Counted from the stretch's first letter, positions 12,388-26,909 are shown. The stretch is DNA of 64,000 nt from Chiloscyllium plagiosum (GCF_004010195.1 NC_057740.1:3891142-3955141); one strand, 5' to 3'. Program-made: numbers and translations. Notes: generated from the sequence alone by a model not told the origin.

Positions 12388-15300
12388 TGTAATGTCGATT
12401 TTCCTGCTTATTGACTATCCCATCGCCCACAATGCTTTGTATGCGATGGGATGGGCACTTAAAAAAAAACAGACACAGACATGATAAACTTGAGCAACAT
12501 CAACCTACAGAGGAGAGGTAACTGGTTAGGGAAAGATTACAGCAAGTCATGGAACTTTGCAGTGGTCTATCCATGTTCCTTGAATAGACCACTGCAGAGT
12601 TTCATGACTTCCTGTATTTAACGTAATCCACAAACTAAGAGATGAAATGAATCTTTATACTTAAGATACAGGGAACATATGGGAATTTCCACTACCCTAG
12701 AATAGATATGGAAGTTGATCTCCCTCAGTTCTAGAAGGAAAAAAAGGAGTCAGAGACTCCAATGGATACCAGTGATTGACTAGACTTTGAACTGCAATGA
12801 AATGAATGATTAATGAACCACCTATGAATGGCAATGGAATGTTGACTAGAATACCAGAAATCTCTGTTTTTTTTAAGATTCATGGAATGGCTGAAACATT
12901 AGGAACACTCACTCCTTATCTAAAAGTACTGTCCTAGTAATACTCTAAAACAGCAACCTTGTGCATCTTTTTTTTTAAACTGGTCCAGCTCCCACAGAGC
13001 CAGTTCTCAGAGTGAACAGAATGTCTGACACGCCTGTTCTTTTTTTTAGCTCCCTCGCAGGCAGCTCTCAGAGTTAACAGGATGTCTGATACTCCTGTTT
13101 TTTTTTACCCCCACACTACTGCCTAACTGCAGTAGTGCTTTTTTTGCCCCAGCACCCATGTTGTGCGTGTGCAGGTGTGAGACACAGTGAAAAACACAAA
13201 ATGACCTTTTGCATCTTTGTGCCACCAACCATTTTGTGGTGATTGGAACCAGGTTGACCTCATTGACTATAAGGTCATTGATTGGGGTTGTTAACTATGT
13301 GCACGTCCTGTGGAAGTATCTTATTGCTAGAGAGCTGCCCCTTTCTTGGTGCAGGGCAGCCATTGTCCTGCTGCCAAGGAAAGGGGACCTTTGTTCCTCG
13401 TGGTACTGGCACCCGGTCTCCCTCCTCAGCATGGATTAATTTGCCAGGACGTTGGCTTCTTGCCTGGCTTCTGTACTGGTCCACATGATCCACCCTGACC
13501 AGACCTACACGGTCCCAGGCTGGAGAATTCACGACAAAGTCCATCTGGTTCAGGACCTGATCCATTTCTGCCGATGGGCTGGTTTGCCAAGCGTCTTCCT
13601 GTTCCTTGATCAGGAGAAGGTGTTCAACAGGGTCGATCATGAGTATCTGTTCGGAACTCTGTAGGCATTCGGGTTCAGGATGCAGTTTGTTACCTGGATC
13701 TGACTTTCCTACACCGCTGCAGAGTGCCTGGTTAAAGTTAACGGGTCCCTGACGGTGCCCTTTCACTTTGGGAGAGGAAAGCATCAAGGCTGCCCCCTGT
13801 CTGGCCAGCTGTATTCCCTGTGTGTGGAGCCTTTTCTCCGCCTCTTGTGGAGGAGGTTATCAGGGTTGGTTCTGTGTAGTACAGGCGCAGGGGTGGTCCT
13901 CTCGGCTTATACTGACCATATGCTCCTCATTTTCACTGACCTGGAGAGGATGTGCAAGTGCCAAGCGGTGTACTCGGTGTCTTCCACGAGGATCCACTGG
14001 GCCAAGTGTTCCAGACTACTGTTTGGTCCGTGGCGGGTGGACTCTCTGCAGGAGGAGTTACGGGGAGGATTCAGTTGGATCACCACCCATCTCCTCTACC
14101 TGGGGGTCTACCTCAGCCTAGCTGAAGAATCCTGGCCAGCAAACTGGCAGGAGCTGGAGACCAAAGTCTCAGTTCGCCGAGGCCGCTGGACAGGACTGCT
14201 CCAAGTGCTATCTTACAGGAGTCGAGTGCTGGTCATAAACCAGCTGGTGGCTGCCATGGTACCGGCTGGTCCCTTTGGTCCCTCCTCCTGATTTTGTCGC
14301 TGACATCCAGAGAACATTGGTTCACTTCTTTTGGGACAAAAAGATGCACTGGGTCGCTGAACAGGTCCTGAGTCTCCCTGTTGAGGAGGGTGGTCAGTCA
14401 CTCGTGTGCGTTCACATCCAGGTGGCGAATTCCTACTTTCAGATCTTGCAGTGATACCTTGCAGCCTCCTCCTAGGTGGTGTGCCCCGGCAACGTATTTT
14501 TTCCACCTGGTGTGCAATCTCAACTACGACACAGACCTCAGGACATAGAACATTGTCCATTCGCATCATGCCTACCCTCCAGCTGGTGTAATGGCTGTCA
14601 TCAGGGAGCCGTTGCTCAGGAATCAGCACCTCCAAACACACAAGTTCGAGTGGCTGTTGGAGGGGAGGGCTGAGGCAGTGAGGGTGACCAGGGTTGGGAC
14701 ATGCTGGGCACTAGTGGCCTGGACTGGATGGTGCTGCAGGATTTGGTGAGCAGGGCAGCAGTAGACATCTGGTTCATGATCACCATTTGACACCTTAAAA
14801 CAGCGTTGCTTGGACCCGACATAGTGCACCAGTTGGAGGATGCTCAGGTGTGCAGTGGAATCCCTCCCCGTGCCTAACCCTGAGTTTCACATTGGCCCCA
14901 AGGTCCCGTACCTCCACCGGGAGCCTGTGCCCCACAATCTGAGCCACCTCCGGAATTTTAGATTTGTCCCCTTTAGAGAATGTAAAACAGCAGGCCCTGT
15001 TCCGATTGCTGCACACCATCCACCTCTTCTCCCTTATCCACCGCCAGACACACCTTGGTGTACCCATTTGCCAGTGGGCCATGGGATCCACAGTGGAGGG
15101 CTCTCTACATGGGAGTCCTCCCCCTATCTCTCAGGAATCTGGGGTAGAGGGTGTTGCATGCTGGAGTTCCCTGCAACCACAGATTGCAGTGGTTCATGGA
15201 CTCCCAGCCTGACTGCTTGTTTTGTGGTGCTGTGGAGACTTTGGACCATGTATATATGGGGTGTGGGTGTCTGCACTCCCTTTTCGTTTTCCCCCAAGAG

Positions 15301-16560
15301 CCTTTTTTTTTGGTTACACTTCAGCCCCACGCTTCTGATCTTTGGGCATCCGGTGCAGATTGGAGAGGGTAGGTCAGAGGATCTCCTTGTGGGTCTGCTC
15401 CTGGGCTTGGCCAAACTGGCCATAAACAGGTCCAGGCAGCAGGTCACGGAGGGGATCGTTATGGCTGATTTGTGGTTACGCCCATGTCTGGGTGTCCCTG
15501 GAGAAGGAGCATGCCGTGTCAACCAACACCCTCAAGGTTTTCAGGGAGAGGTGAGCACCACAGCGCTTGGAGTGTTTTATTTCCTCCTTCGATTCTATTT
15601 TGATTTAACCCCAGCCCTCCCTTTCACTTTTGTGATCACTCAGCATTGCCTTATGTTGAGAAGGCACTGCTTGTCACTGCCCATTCGAGTGTTTCCTTTC
15701 TTCCTGGTGGTGGAATATAAATTAAGTTTTATGCACTCATTGTTCTTCACTGTGTCCTACACCTGCACACATACAAAGAAGAGAGAAAAAATATATATAC
15801 ATAAAACGAGGAGATAAGCAGGCCCGGAGAGGGTCAGTCAGTATTCAGGGCGGCTGAAGACCAGAAGGCTGACAACCTGTTCGGAAGAAAGCGGCCTGGA
15901 GTGGTCCGCTCAGTACATGGGGTGGTTGGGAACTGGATGGTCGACAAGCAGCCTGGAGGAAAGCGGGCCTGGGGAGGGTCGGTCAGTACGCAGGGCGTCC
16001 AAAGACTGGAAAGCCAACCACGGTCCTGCAGAAAGGCGAGCCAAGGACAGTCTGATCAGTATGCAGTGTGGACCGGTGTTAGATGTGCAAGTACCCAGGG
16101 ATAGGAAGGTGTCAGCGGGAGTTGAATTATGTAATAAGTGGTTTTATTTTTGAATATTGCTTTTAGCTATATGTGTTTTGTAGACTGCTTTCCTTTGTGC
16201 CTGGTGCAGGCGATGTGTAAAGTGTTTGCAATTGTACATTGTGGCTTCAGCCTGCTGTAAACTTTATCCTTAGGGGCTGAAATGGACTCTTTTCTGGATT
16301 TCTGGCATTGTGGCACCTTTGAGAGGACAGTGACTTCTGTGAAAATTCTGCATGTGTTTTATGCAGTTTGTTTTGTGAAATTTTGGGCACCTTATAGTTG
16401 TGTTCCTATTTCTCCTGTTTATTGTTATATTGTATTTTGTGTAACTATAAATAACAAAAATAACCAGGAGATCAGAATCGCCTCAGTTCAGGCGACTGAC
16501 TGTGCACAAGTAAATAAAAGGTGACTTGGTCTTGGGTTATCAGCCTGTACAGTTATTTCA
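12388..16560 (+). mobile_element. Candidate solo LTR split by the Tx1 insertion
   Basis: Begins TGTAAT and ends AATAAA...TTATTTCA. Flanks catat/cattt form an imperfect 5-bp TSD. Inferred only. Confidence 0.35.
13210..15780 (+). mobile_element. Tx1-clade (L1-group) non-LTR retrotransposon ORF2 relic
   Basis: IHPDQTYTVPG.RIHD, FLDQEKVFNRVDHEYL, QGCPLSGQLYSLCVEP, AYTD, C-terminal CLFCGAVETLDHVYMGC, LLLGLAKLAINRSR. Frameshifted. Confidence 0.9.
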
Positions 16561-18459
16561 CATTTTGTCAAAACAAAACTTGGTCTCATCACACTGAAAA
16601 CAAAACCCCACCTTTTCTAAATAGTACATTTGCATGCATTTAGTATTGTATTGATTCTGCTGAGAATAAGTTTTATCAGTAAATTGTAAAATGAAATACA
16701 AAATTATGATTTGACATTAGTAGGAAGCCTATGGCTGCATTTCACTGACAAGTATGGCAGTTCTTGAGGTTCCACATAGATAACCTTCCTATCGCTGGTT
16801 GAGAACTTTAATCTTGGACTGTCTACTCAGGCATCAGAAAGGGGTTTGAACCTGCTACTTTCGGATTCAAATGTGGCACCAGACTCCAAATATAACCACT
16901 AGCCTATCAGAAGCTTGAAATCATTTCAACTTCAAAGATTCATGAAGAGAAAGAGACCTTGACCATGGAGACACTGCAGGGGAGATTTATTAGATTGGTA
17001 TCAGGGGAGTGGGTCTTTAGTTATATTGAGAAATTGCGACTACTTTTCTGGCAGCAAAATAAACTTGAAAACAACTAGAGATATTAGGAGCAGAAATTCA
17101 CAGCTTGGGAGGGTGGTGAGCACAGACTCAATAATTTTTAAAAGGGAATTGGATAGATACTAGAAAAATAAGTTTTTTGGGCTATGCAAAAATACCAGTA
17201 GGACTGTTAGAATAGCGTCTCCAAAGAATTGGCAGGCAACCAAACAATCCATCCATACCTGTGACATTGCTGTTACCTCCTGCCATTACATGAGAAGTTT
17301 CCTTCAGTTCCTCACTCTCTAGCAGTGATGTCTGGCAGACACATGCTTTACAACAGGTTAGAATAATTTGTTGCTTTTAATTGTTCTTGGTTTGTTTGGA
17401 ATGTTTGGCCTCAGAGTGTATGATTTCAAGATGGAAGATTGAACATTCACTGGGTCTTCTGAGAAATTCCATTATTGAGCTCCGCACACGTCAGGTGGTG
17501 GCAGGCTCAGGCTCCAAAGTTCCCACTTTGAATTGCCAGCTACAATCGTTACTTGAGCCAGCAACAAAAATGTTTCCCTTGTATAGTAAACAGATTAAAC
17601 ACAAACTACTTATGAAGTTATTGCACTGTTTTATAAAAGGCACCAGCTTATCGGATTGGTGTCTACAAATGTTGATCAGAAACTGCACATAAGTGAAATA
17701 TTAGCCCTGAGCAAGTTGTGATACATTCACCCAGTAACTTTCAAACAAGGAACATCACACCATAGCCCCAAAACCCTTGAAACAAAAGATTACATTGTAA
17801 GGGAACATGAACAAGCATCCTCAAGACTGCTTTCTCCTCAAAGCCAAGTGTTATTTTCTATTTATGCTGACTGGCTTTCTACATGTTCTAACTCTTAAGT
17901 TATTTAGTGTGTTATTGCTGTCAGGTAATATACATTGCAATTATAAAACTAAATCAGGAAAGTTGAATGTAAAAAGGGCAACAATGCATTGTAACAATCT
18001 CCCCACAGTGAGATCAGTCACCCAACCTCAGAGTTCAACAAATTTACCACATCAATTCTAAATTAACTTTTTCTGAATGCTCACTGTTGCTTAAACCCGA
18101 GTCAAGGTGATCAATTGCCTAGTAACTTCCATCCATGTATTTTGCAACAAATATCCATGTATTTTGTAACAAATAAAAAAAACTAAAAGAACCAGAGCAG
18201 CAAATTGATGAACAGATTTCCAGCAGATTCACATAATAATTGTAATTTCAGCATAATGGACATAGGCTTTTCACAAATTATATGAAAAATTAGAAACTAA
18301 TGGAAAATAATGGTTTAGAAGTGTCTAGATGAACATTAGCTTGAGTGATTATATTGAGATTGGCGTACACAGCGACTACTGATCATCCTTATAGATGTTA
18401 GAAAGTAATTGCCATCCAGAGGATCTCTCACAAAATAGGTGATTCCATAGAGGAAAAGG

Positions 18460-18790
18460 TTATCACAGTGATTTACACAAGAGAATAAATGAATATCTGA
18501 GGGATTTGTATAGAGAATAATAATATCAGTGTTTTACACAGAGTAATATCAGAGTAATGAATACCAGTAATTTAGAGAAAATAATAAATATCAGCAATCT
18601 ACACAGAATAATGAATTTCATACTAGTTTTTAAGAGAATAATGAATATCAGTGATCCACACAGAATAATGAAGTGGGATCTATAATGTATAATGACTTAT
18701 ACAGACAATAAGTGACTTACACAGAGAATAATGAATATATCAGAGGGAATTACACAGAATAATGAATATCAGCAAGTAGTTACACTGAAA
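18460..18790. repeat. Degenerate AT-rich minisatellite (~30 bp, acacagagaataatgaatatcagtgatt)
   Basis: gaataatgaat(a)tcag recurs about ten times with drift. Confidence 0.8.
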
Positions 18791-21700
18791 GATGGAGATC
18801 AGAAAGTGATTAGATAAGGCAATGTGGTTATGCAAGGGTGACTCAATAGCAAATGAAATGATATAGCAATGGATTTTTAAAAATAAAAATACAGGGAATA
18901 ATTACAAGTTTGTTCAGGGGGTTTGCACAGCACAACAGAAGAGGGTGACTGGTAGAAAAGATCAAGATCCTCCTCTCCCCTTCAACATTGCGGCTCTGAT
19001 AGGACTCATCAACCGGTGTCTGATGTCAGCTCTACTTCATCAGAAATTAGACACCATCAACAGCATTGGATGTTGAGTGTGGAGTGGCCTGGCCTGCAAA
19101 CCCCCATCTTTCTCCAAGGACATACTCACTGTTGTGATTTGGGATTTATGAGTTGATCAGACGGCAACTGTTCAAACTGAATAGAATTTTAAAAATCAGC
19201 TTAGTGACAGATTATGTGTGCACACACAGCAGATTCTTTCCTGAGTAAGGCTGCTATTAACACATTAATTTCACTTAAAGATACAATTGTATTAGTTTGA
19301 CATTTCTGTTCACAGATGAAGTGCTAACACAAATTGATAAAGTTTCAACTGAGAGTCATGTTGAGACCCAAAGTACACCAGATAGGGATAGATGGATGCA
19401 ATGAACTGAAAGTGCTCTCAGCTAAGCAATTGCATAGCTCTGGACCCAATGACAATTAAACTCCAAAACTTGCACCAACGATTTATAATTTTTAACTCAA
19501 CCTCAATAACTCATTATGAGTCACTAAATGCCCTATAAAGGAAGGTAACTGCAAGTCCGGCCAGACTTCAGGTTACTGCTGTGCAATCCCAGTGGAATAA
19601 AGTGCAAAATATACTGTTGGGAAACTTAATTTGCAATTACTCAGTGTGAGCAAAAGGCATTTTGGGCAGTCCACAATCAGAGGAGGAATATTGTCGCCAG
19701 ACCACCATGTTCCTGACCCAAGTCTCCCAGTGACTTGTATTTCCATAGTATCTCCGACATCTTCAGAATGTATCAATATGCTATAAAACTATAGTAGTAC
19801 TTTTTAAAATATAATTACTGTTCTAACACAGGAACTGTGATGGCCAATACACAGTTTTCCAGAAATACTAATGTCACCATAACTGGGTAAAAGATGTTGA
19901 AAAACATCACTAAATTATGAATATTCTGTAGACTGAATATTAGATCATCCACTACTGCACTTCCAGGACAGGTTCACTCATTCACTGCCAAATGATCTAT
20001 TCTCAGAGTAGGCTTGTTCCCAATCACCCTGCTTCCAGGACGGTGGTTCCAAATCACTATGTTTCCAGGGCAGATTTTTTTCCAAGTGCCCTCCTCATGC
20101 AGAACAGGGCTCCCAGGGCAGACCCATTTTTTTCCACTGACCGTGTCTCATCCCCTGGACGGTTCACTGGTTATACTCTTTGGGGTATTTAGCTTTTAGT
20201 TTATGTGCAGAGAGTGTGCTTGCAATGGCCAGGGATAGCCATTATGACCTAAAAGCCAATGTAGAAAAAAAACAATTGGACTATCCAAATATTGGACATT
20301 GTTCGGGGTTATGGATATATTTGAAGCAGGGTACAACACTGTAGGAACTTTATAACAAAATTTCCTCACCCTATTGTCATGTGGTGCACAAGACATCACA
20401 TCTGTTTCGGACAGATCAAAGGGAATATTCTTTGAATGAATGCAGTGTCCCCAGTTCTCAGACTAGATTGTTAGTGTAGAGCCAACTCACTGGCTGGAAA
20501 TCACTTTCCCTGCTACTCACAGTTCTGTGGGTAGCTCTGTTCAAACTTCCAAACATCAGCATCAGGTGCATCTCAAGCAAAAAGATAGGCAGCGCTGATG
20601 AGCCTGACTCAGGACTCACGGTGCTGAGGGTGATCTGGCCATTTTCTTTTCCTTTTGTTTCTGTCTCTTTAATTTCAGCTCTTGGTTTTAAATTCTATAG
20701 TTTTAATTCTAACTACTGTATTCTGAAATGGCGTTGGAGTGTGGCAACTCTACACTTTTACTGGACTCAGGTAATGTGACAATAAAATATAATCTTAACA
20801 GTTACCTCTGGACAAAGAACACAGAAGTTTTAAGTTTTGAAAGTGTACAGCATCCAATCAACGGACGGGTCCAGTCAGGGATTGAATCCATTACAGCCAG
20901 CGTTGCTGAGACTATTATCAGGGCGGGGGCAGAATTCAGAAACTCAGGTGAAGAACCCTGAAAATACATCCATCGGAGTGACGATACCAGAGTCTACATT
21001 TGCAGGTCCTGGCTCACACATTGACAGACTCAGGTTGTAATGTCAGGCTAGGTAACTAGTAGGAATACACAGACTTTTTGTGCACACAAAAACTATAACA
21101 ATTCAGACAGCTCTTTAAGTGGGTATGTTCTGTTTACCAGGCACAAGGATAATATTTAAGCAACATTGCTGCTAATACCCCATAGAGCAAGGGCTTCTCC
21201 ATTCCAGGCTGCATTTAAAATCAGACATCACACCATAACCAGTCCAGCAGCTAAACTCCCTTCATTAGCAGTAACAGACTTGTGTACCTTGTAAATGGCC
21301 AGGCTGTAAAACATGAAAATATCTGTAACAAATATAACTTCTACCCTTCTAGGCACTCAATACACCTGTCTGAAGTCAAAAAGCTTTGGGAACAACCTCA
21401 AATTTCATTACAATGATGACATGATTGTTTCATTAACTCTAGAGGTTGGGAAGAACTGAGAAAAAGAGGCGGCTTAAGGTACCTCTTTGTGTTGAACTTA
21501 CAAGGTCAGTACTTGCTTACTCCTGCCGCCTTCTCTCAAATATTCAGAAAAAAAAATCATTTCGGTAAACCCAAAGATACCCCAACACCATTGTTAATAA
21601 CACGCTATCATCATTAAGCATTTCACACTGTTCTTTTACATTCAGAGGAAAGTTAGAGGATGAAAAATTCCAGAATCTTTGGAATACAGTGTTAGGACGT

Positions 21701-21877
21701 CCAGAAATCGGACTGCACACTTTAGAAATGCTCTGGTTTTCACTTCTTACAGTGAATGGAAGGTTTGATGTTCACAGGTGTTGGCATGGGGATGTTCATT
21801 TCTGCAGAAACAACAGGCACTTGTGGATTCTTCCTAACATCTCTCAACAGGAGGGTCAAACCTCTGAATGCACAGCT

Positions 21878-22250
21878 TTAAACTGTGGTCCCAAAGATTG
21901 CATCATCTTGACCAGGTTCCTCCATATCATCCTCACTAACTGAGAAATGTTGGTCACAGGGACTTGTGTTCATTAACCCATTGATTCCTGAGAGGAGGGA
22001 GTGTGCATGGTCATCAAGAAAGCCAGGCTGAGAGTCAAGGTTTGGGAGGTGGTCACTCTGTGAGCGTTCAGCCTCAGCCATGTATGACAGCAAGTTGTCG
22101 AGCAGGGGCCGGCTGCGGGTGATTTTATCCAGCAGCTGACTGCGGTGTCTGAGCTGGGCGATCACATTGTCCTTCTCCTTCATCACTGTCTGCAGCCTCT
22201 GTACGGTGCCCTCGCAATCCTGCAATTTCTCCTGCACATCCACCATCTCC
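21878..22250 (-). CDS. VMAC: VMAC coding exon 2 (terminal)
   Basis: Acceptor tgctcttcag|G completes the CGG codon in phase with exon 1. Encodes EMVDVQEKL...RSRPLLDNLLSYMAEAER...AIFGTTV*, with the VMAC-type FGTTV end. Total CDS is 564 nt (187 aa). Confidence 0.95.
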
Positions 22251-24624
22251 CTGAAGAGCAACAGCAATAGAGACATTTCAGTTCAGCTACCAGTCACACA
22301 CACAGTCCCTTTCGCATTCCCCCTTTCTTCCTGAATTCACCCTTTCCTTCCCTTCCTCAAAGCCACTTCTCATTGTCCCCAATTCTCCCTCTCTTTTCTC
22401 CCCAAAACCTTACTCCTTTCCCTTGCTCATCCCATACTCATTCCTTCCTGCTTCATTCCCTAATCCATTTGCCCTCACCCATTCTTTCCACACAAACCCC
22501 ACTGTCCTTGCCCTCTTGAAAGGTTTAGAGGGGGTGAAATTCTTAATGTGTCCAGGAGAGCTTATGAAACCAGTAGGTAGAAAGTCCAACAACAGAAAGG
22601 GTGCGCTGGACCTAATTTTACGGGATGAAGCTGAGCAAGTGGTGGATGTGGCACTGGGGAGCACTTCAGTGATAGTGGATATAATTTACTCAGATTTAAG
22701 GAAATTATGAATAAGAACAAAGATAGACCTGCTGTTCTAAAGGTTCAGAACTGGGGAAAGGCCAATTTTAATAAGTCAAGAATCTAGCTAAGGTTCACTA
22801 ATATCCTTGAGGGAAAGAAATTGGTTTGACCTGCATGTGACTCCAGACACCAAATGATATGGTTGATTCTGATCTGTCCTGTGAAATGGCCCAGCAAGCC
22901 ATTCAGTTATATCAACTGCTTGAAAGGAAAATATGAATGAAAACAGACTGACCACCTAGCATTGACTCAAAGTGGAAATGACAATGGCAAAAACAATCCT
23001 GCTTTCCTCCTTTCTAACACTTGGGGACCAAAATTGGAAGAGCTGTCTCACACTAGCGAGGCAACAGCCCGATATAATCCTGCCATCCATGGATATGTCC
23101 TTCTCACCAGCATGACAGGCCCAGCAGAGGTAGCAGCTCAATGGTAAACAGTCAGAAAGGAATTGCCCTGGGAATCCTCAACACTGATGTCCATTAGGCA
23201 AGAAATTAATCTGATTACCATGTGCTGTCTTCCTTCAGCTGATAAATCAGTACTCCTCCATGTTAAACAACACTTGGAGGAAGCATGGAGGGTGGTATGA
23301 GGGCAGAATGTTCTTTGGGTGGAGGATTTCAATGTCCACCACTATGAATGGCTTGGTACAAAACTACTTAGTGAGTTGGTTAAGTCCTAAAGGATACTGC
23401 TGCTAGATTGGATCTGCAGCAGATGGTGAGAGAACCAGAGCATAAACATACTTTACCTCTTCCTTATCAACCTTCCTGCCACAGGTGCATCTGGCCATGA
23501 TGGAACTGTTAGGAATGACCACCATATAGTCCTTGTGGAGATGAGTTCCCATCTTCAAACTGATAACACCCTCCATCATATTGTGCAACATTATTTCTGT
23601 GCCACATGAGACAGATTTCAAACAGATCTAAAAACGCAACACTTGAGGCACAATGGGCATCAGCTGCAGCAGAACAGTACTTAAATACAATCTGCAACTT
23701 CATGGCTAGCACATCTCCCACTATCAATATAGGCAATTAAGCCTAGTTCAATAAAGCATGCTGGAGGGCATGCCAGAAGCAGCATCAGGCATACCTAAAA
23801 ATGAGATGTCAACTTGGGGAAGCTAACAATTGGCAGGACTACTTGCATGTCAAACAGCAGCATTAATAGCAAATTAGACAGGATTAAGCAATCCTACATC
23901 CAGTGGGTCAGATCTAAGCTCTGTAGTCTTGCCACATCCAGTCGTGATAGTGGTGGACAACTCACTGGAGCAGGAGGTTCCACAAACATCCCAATCTTCA
24001 ATGATGTAAGAGCCCAGTACATCAGTGCATAAGACAAGGCTGAAACATTTGGCAAAAGTGCCAAGTGGATAATTAATCCTGACCTCTTCCAAAGGTCCCC
24101 AGCCTTCAGCAAATTCAATTCACTCTATAGGATATCAGAAATCGGTTGGAGACACTGCACACCGAAAAGGCCATGGACACTGACAACATTCCAACAAGAC
24201 TAATGCGGACTTGTGCACCAAAGCTTGCCAGTTCCATAGCCAAGCTGTTCCAGTACAGCTACAACACTGGCATCTACCCAGCAATGTGGAAACTTGCCCA
24301 GTTGTACACAAAAACAGAACAAATCTAACCTGACCCCAATTATAGTCCTATCAGTAACAGTAACATGATTTAAGATGCTACCATGCAGCACTTGTTTAGT
24401 AACCTACTGAATGACACCCAATTGGGTTCTGCCAGGGTCACGCAACTCCTGACTTCATTACAGCCTTGACTCAAACAGAAGGGAGGGGAGAATGAATGGC
24501 CTTGACATCAAGTCTGCATTTGACTGAGTGTGGCATCAAGGATTCTGAGCAAAACTAAAACAAAGTAATTGAGGGGAAAAACCTTCTCCTGGCACACAGG
24601 AAGATAGTTGTGATTATTGGCAGT

Positions 24625-24972
24625 TATAGAATTATGGAGTCCCTACAAGTGTGGAAGCAGGCCATTTGGCCCATCGAGTCCACACCGACTCTCCAAAAAA
24701 TATCCCATGTAGACCCAACCACCTACTTTATCCCTGTAACATTCCATTTCCCATGACTAATCCATCTAGCCTGTACATCCCTGGACACTATGGGCAATTT
24801 AACATGACCGAACTACTGAACCTGGATATATTTGGAATGTGGGAGGAAACTGGGAGTACCTGGTAGAAACCCACACAGACACAGGGAGAATGTGCAAACC
24901 CCACACAGACAGTCACAAGGATGGAATCAGCACTGAGGCAGCAGTGTTAACCACTGAGCTACTGTACTGCCC
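24625..24972 (-). mobile_element. HE1-type SINE
   Basis: Reverse copy: gggagaatgtgcaaac...gaggcagcagtgttaaccactgagc. Confidence 0.85.
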
Positions 24973-25489
24973 ACATTCATCTCAAATCCAGATCAACTCT
25001 GCAGCAGTTCTTCAGAGTATTTTTGATCACTTTGCTTAAAGATGTTATAATACACTTCTGGAATATGTAGTACTTCAACTCAAGCCTCCTGGCTCAGAGG
25101 CAGGGACACTACTATTGTCCATTTTAGTTCCTCAGGGCAGTGTCCCAAGCCCAATCATCTTTAGGTACTTCAATCACCTTCCCTCCATCACAAGGTCTGA
25201 GTGGGGTCGTTGACGATTGCTTAATGTTGAGCACCATTTAAAACTCCTCAGACACTGAAGCAGTTGATGTTCAAATGCACCTGGATTACATTCAGGCTTG
25301 GGCTGATAAATCACAAGTAACATTCACACTACACTAATGCCACGTAATGACCATCTCCAATAAGACAGAATCTCGTCGTCCCTCATGTTACTATCACCGA
25401 ACTCCCCACTAATCAATATCCTAGGGTTATCACTGACCAGAAACAGAACTGGACTAGCCATACAATCATAGCAGCTGCCAGAGCAGGTT

Positions 25490-26490
25490 AGGCAGCATCA
25501 GAGAAGCAGGACAGTCGATGTTTCGGGTCAGGATCCTTCATTTGGAGGGAGAAGGGAGGTGAGTAATAAAGAGATGGAGGGGGGTGGATGCAGGTAGGGG
25601 GTTATTGTGATTGGTGAGTGGGAAGTGTGCAGTGGATAAGTGAGGAGAGGATGAACAGGTTAAGTCCGGTCAAGAAAGCAGGGAGGAGAGGACAGGCTGG
25701 ACATAGGATGAGGATGAGGATATTTTGAACCTGGTGAACTCCATGTTAAAGGTCATTGGGCTGTAAGCTCCCAAGGCAGAATGTGAGGTGTTGTCCCTCC
25801 AGTTTGTATGTAGCCTTATTTTGGCATTGGAGGAGGATGGACATGTCGCCAAGGGAGTGGGAGGAAGAGTTTAAGTGACTGGCAGCCAGAAAATGGTATT
25901 GATTGGAGTGTACAGAGTGCAGATGCTCCGTGACCTAGTCCCAGAGTCTGTGCTTTGTCTCTCCATGTAGAAGATACCACATTGGGAGCAACGGATACAG
26001 TGGACCAGAATGGAGGATGTGCATGTGAATCTCTGCCAGGTTTGGAATGATTGTTTGGGGCCTTGGATGGAAGAAAGAGGGAAGGTGTAGGGGCGAGTAT
26101 TGCACTTCCTGCAGTTGCAGGGAAAGGTGCTAGGTGTGGAGGAGGGGTTGGAGGGGAGTGTGGAACAACTGAGGAAGCCGCAGAGTAAATGGTTCCCTAT
26201 GGAAAGCAGACAGGGTGGGAAGGAAATATCTGTTTGGTGGTCTGACTGCAGGTGGCGAAAATGGCAAAGGATGCTGGGTTTGGAGTTTGGTGGAGTGCTA
26301 TGTGAGGACCAGGGGGCCTTTATACTTACTGAGATTGAGAGGGAAGGAGGGTTTGAGGGTTGAGGTCCAGGAAATGGAGGAGATGTGGTTGAGGGTGTTA
26401 TTAATCACGGGAAAGGAAATTACAGTCTTTGAAGTAGGTCATCTGGGATGGTCTGCAGTGGAAGCCCTCATCCTGCGAGCAGATGTGGCA
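25490..26490 (-). mobile_element. PLE relic (RT C-terminus / GIY-YIG) with decayed hammerhead
   Basis: Similar to the 32230-33190 and 57960-58465 PLE sequence. Terminal cgatgtttcgggtcaggatccttcat. Confidence 0.7.
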
Positions 26491-26909
26491 GAGTCACTAT
26501 TCCTTCACTGATGCTGGGTCAAAATCCTGTAATTCCTTCCTTAGGGGCATTGTGGGTCTACCTGCAGCAGTTTAAGAAGGCAGCTCACCATCACCTACAA
26601 GGGCAACTAGGGATGGGCAATAAATGCCAGCGACTTCCATATCCTATGAGTGAATAAAAAACGTGAAGTGGGAGCTGCTACATCAGGGAAGCGGGAGACA
26701 CCTTAAAAATGCCTTAACACGAAACTAAACAGCTGGGTGTTTGATGAGCGGTGACACAGTGGGCTCTCTCCTCGCTATAAAGCCTCTCCGACGCTGTGAC
26801 TGTGCCTCTTTCCTCTCCTCATGTAGACCACCCGCCAAGGCGCGGCCTGGAGAACTGGCGCGCGTTCCCAGTGCCCTGGCGCGTCCCCGCAGTGGCTGTG
26901 CCTGCTGAC

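Larger units (their letters stand above)
22820..26660 (+). mobile_element. CR1/L2-group LINE relic (APE plus RT) in the VMAC intron, interrupted by a SINE and a PLE
   Basis: DFNVHH.EWL (APE), LAKLFQYSYNTGIYP.MWK, LDIK.AFD.VWH (RT). 3' end gggatgggcaataaatgcc...gaataaaaaa. Confidence 0.75.

Noticed and set aside
14840-15817. 325-aa ORF as a host gene
   Set aside because: It is a frameshifted mosaic of Tx1 ORF2 C-terminus and 3'UTR.
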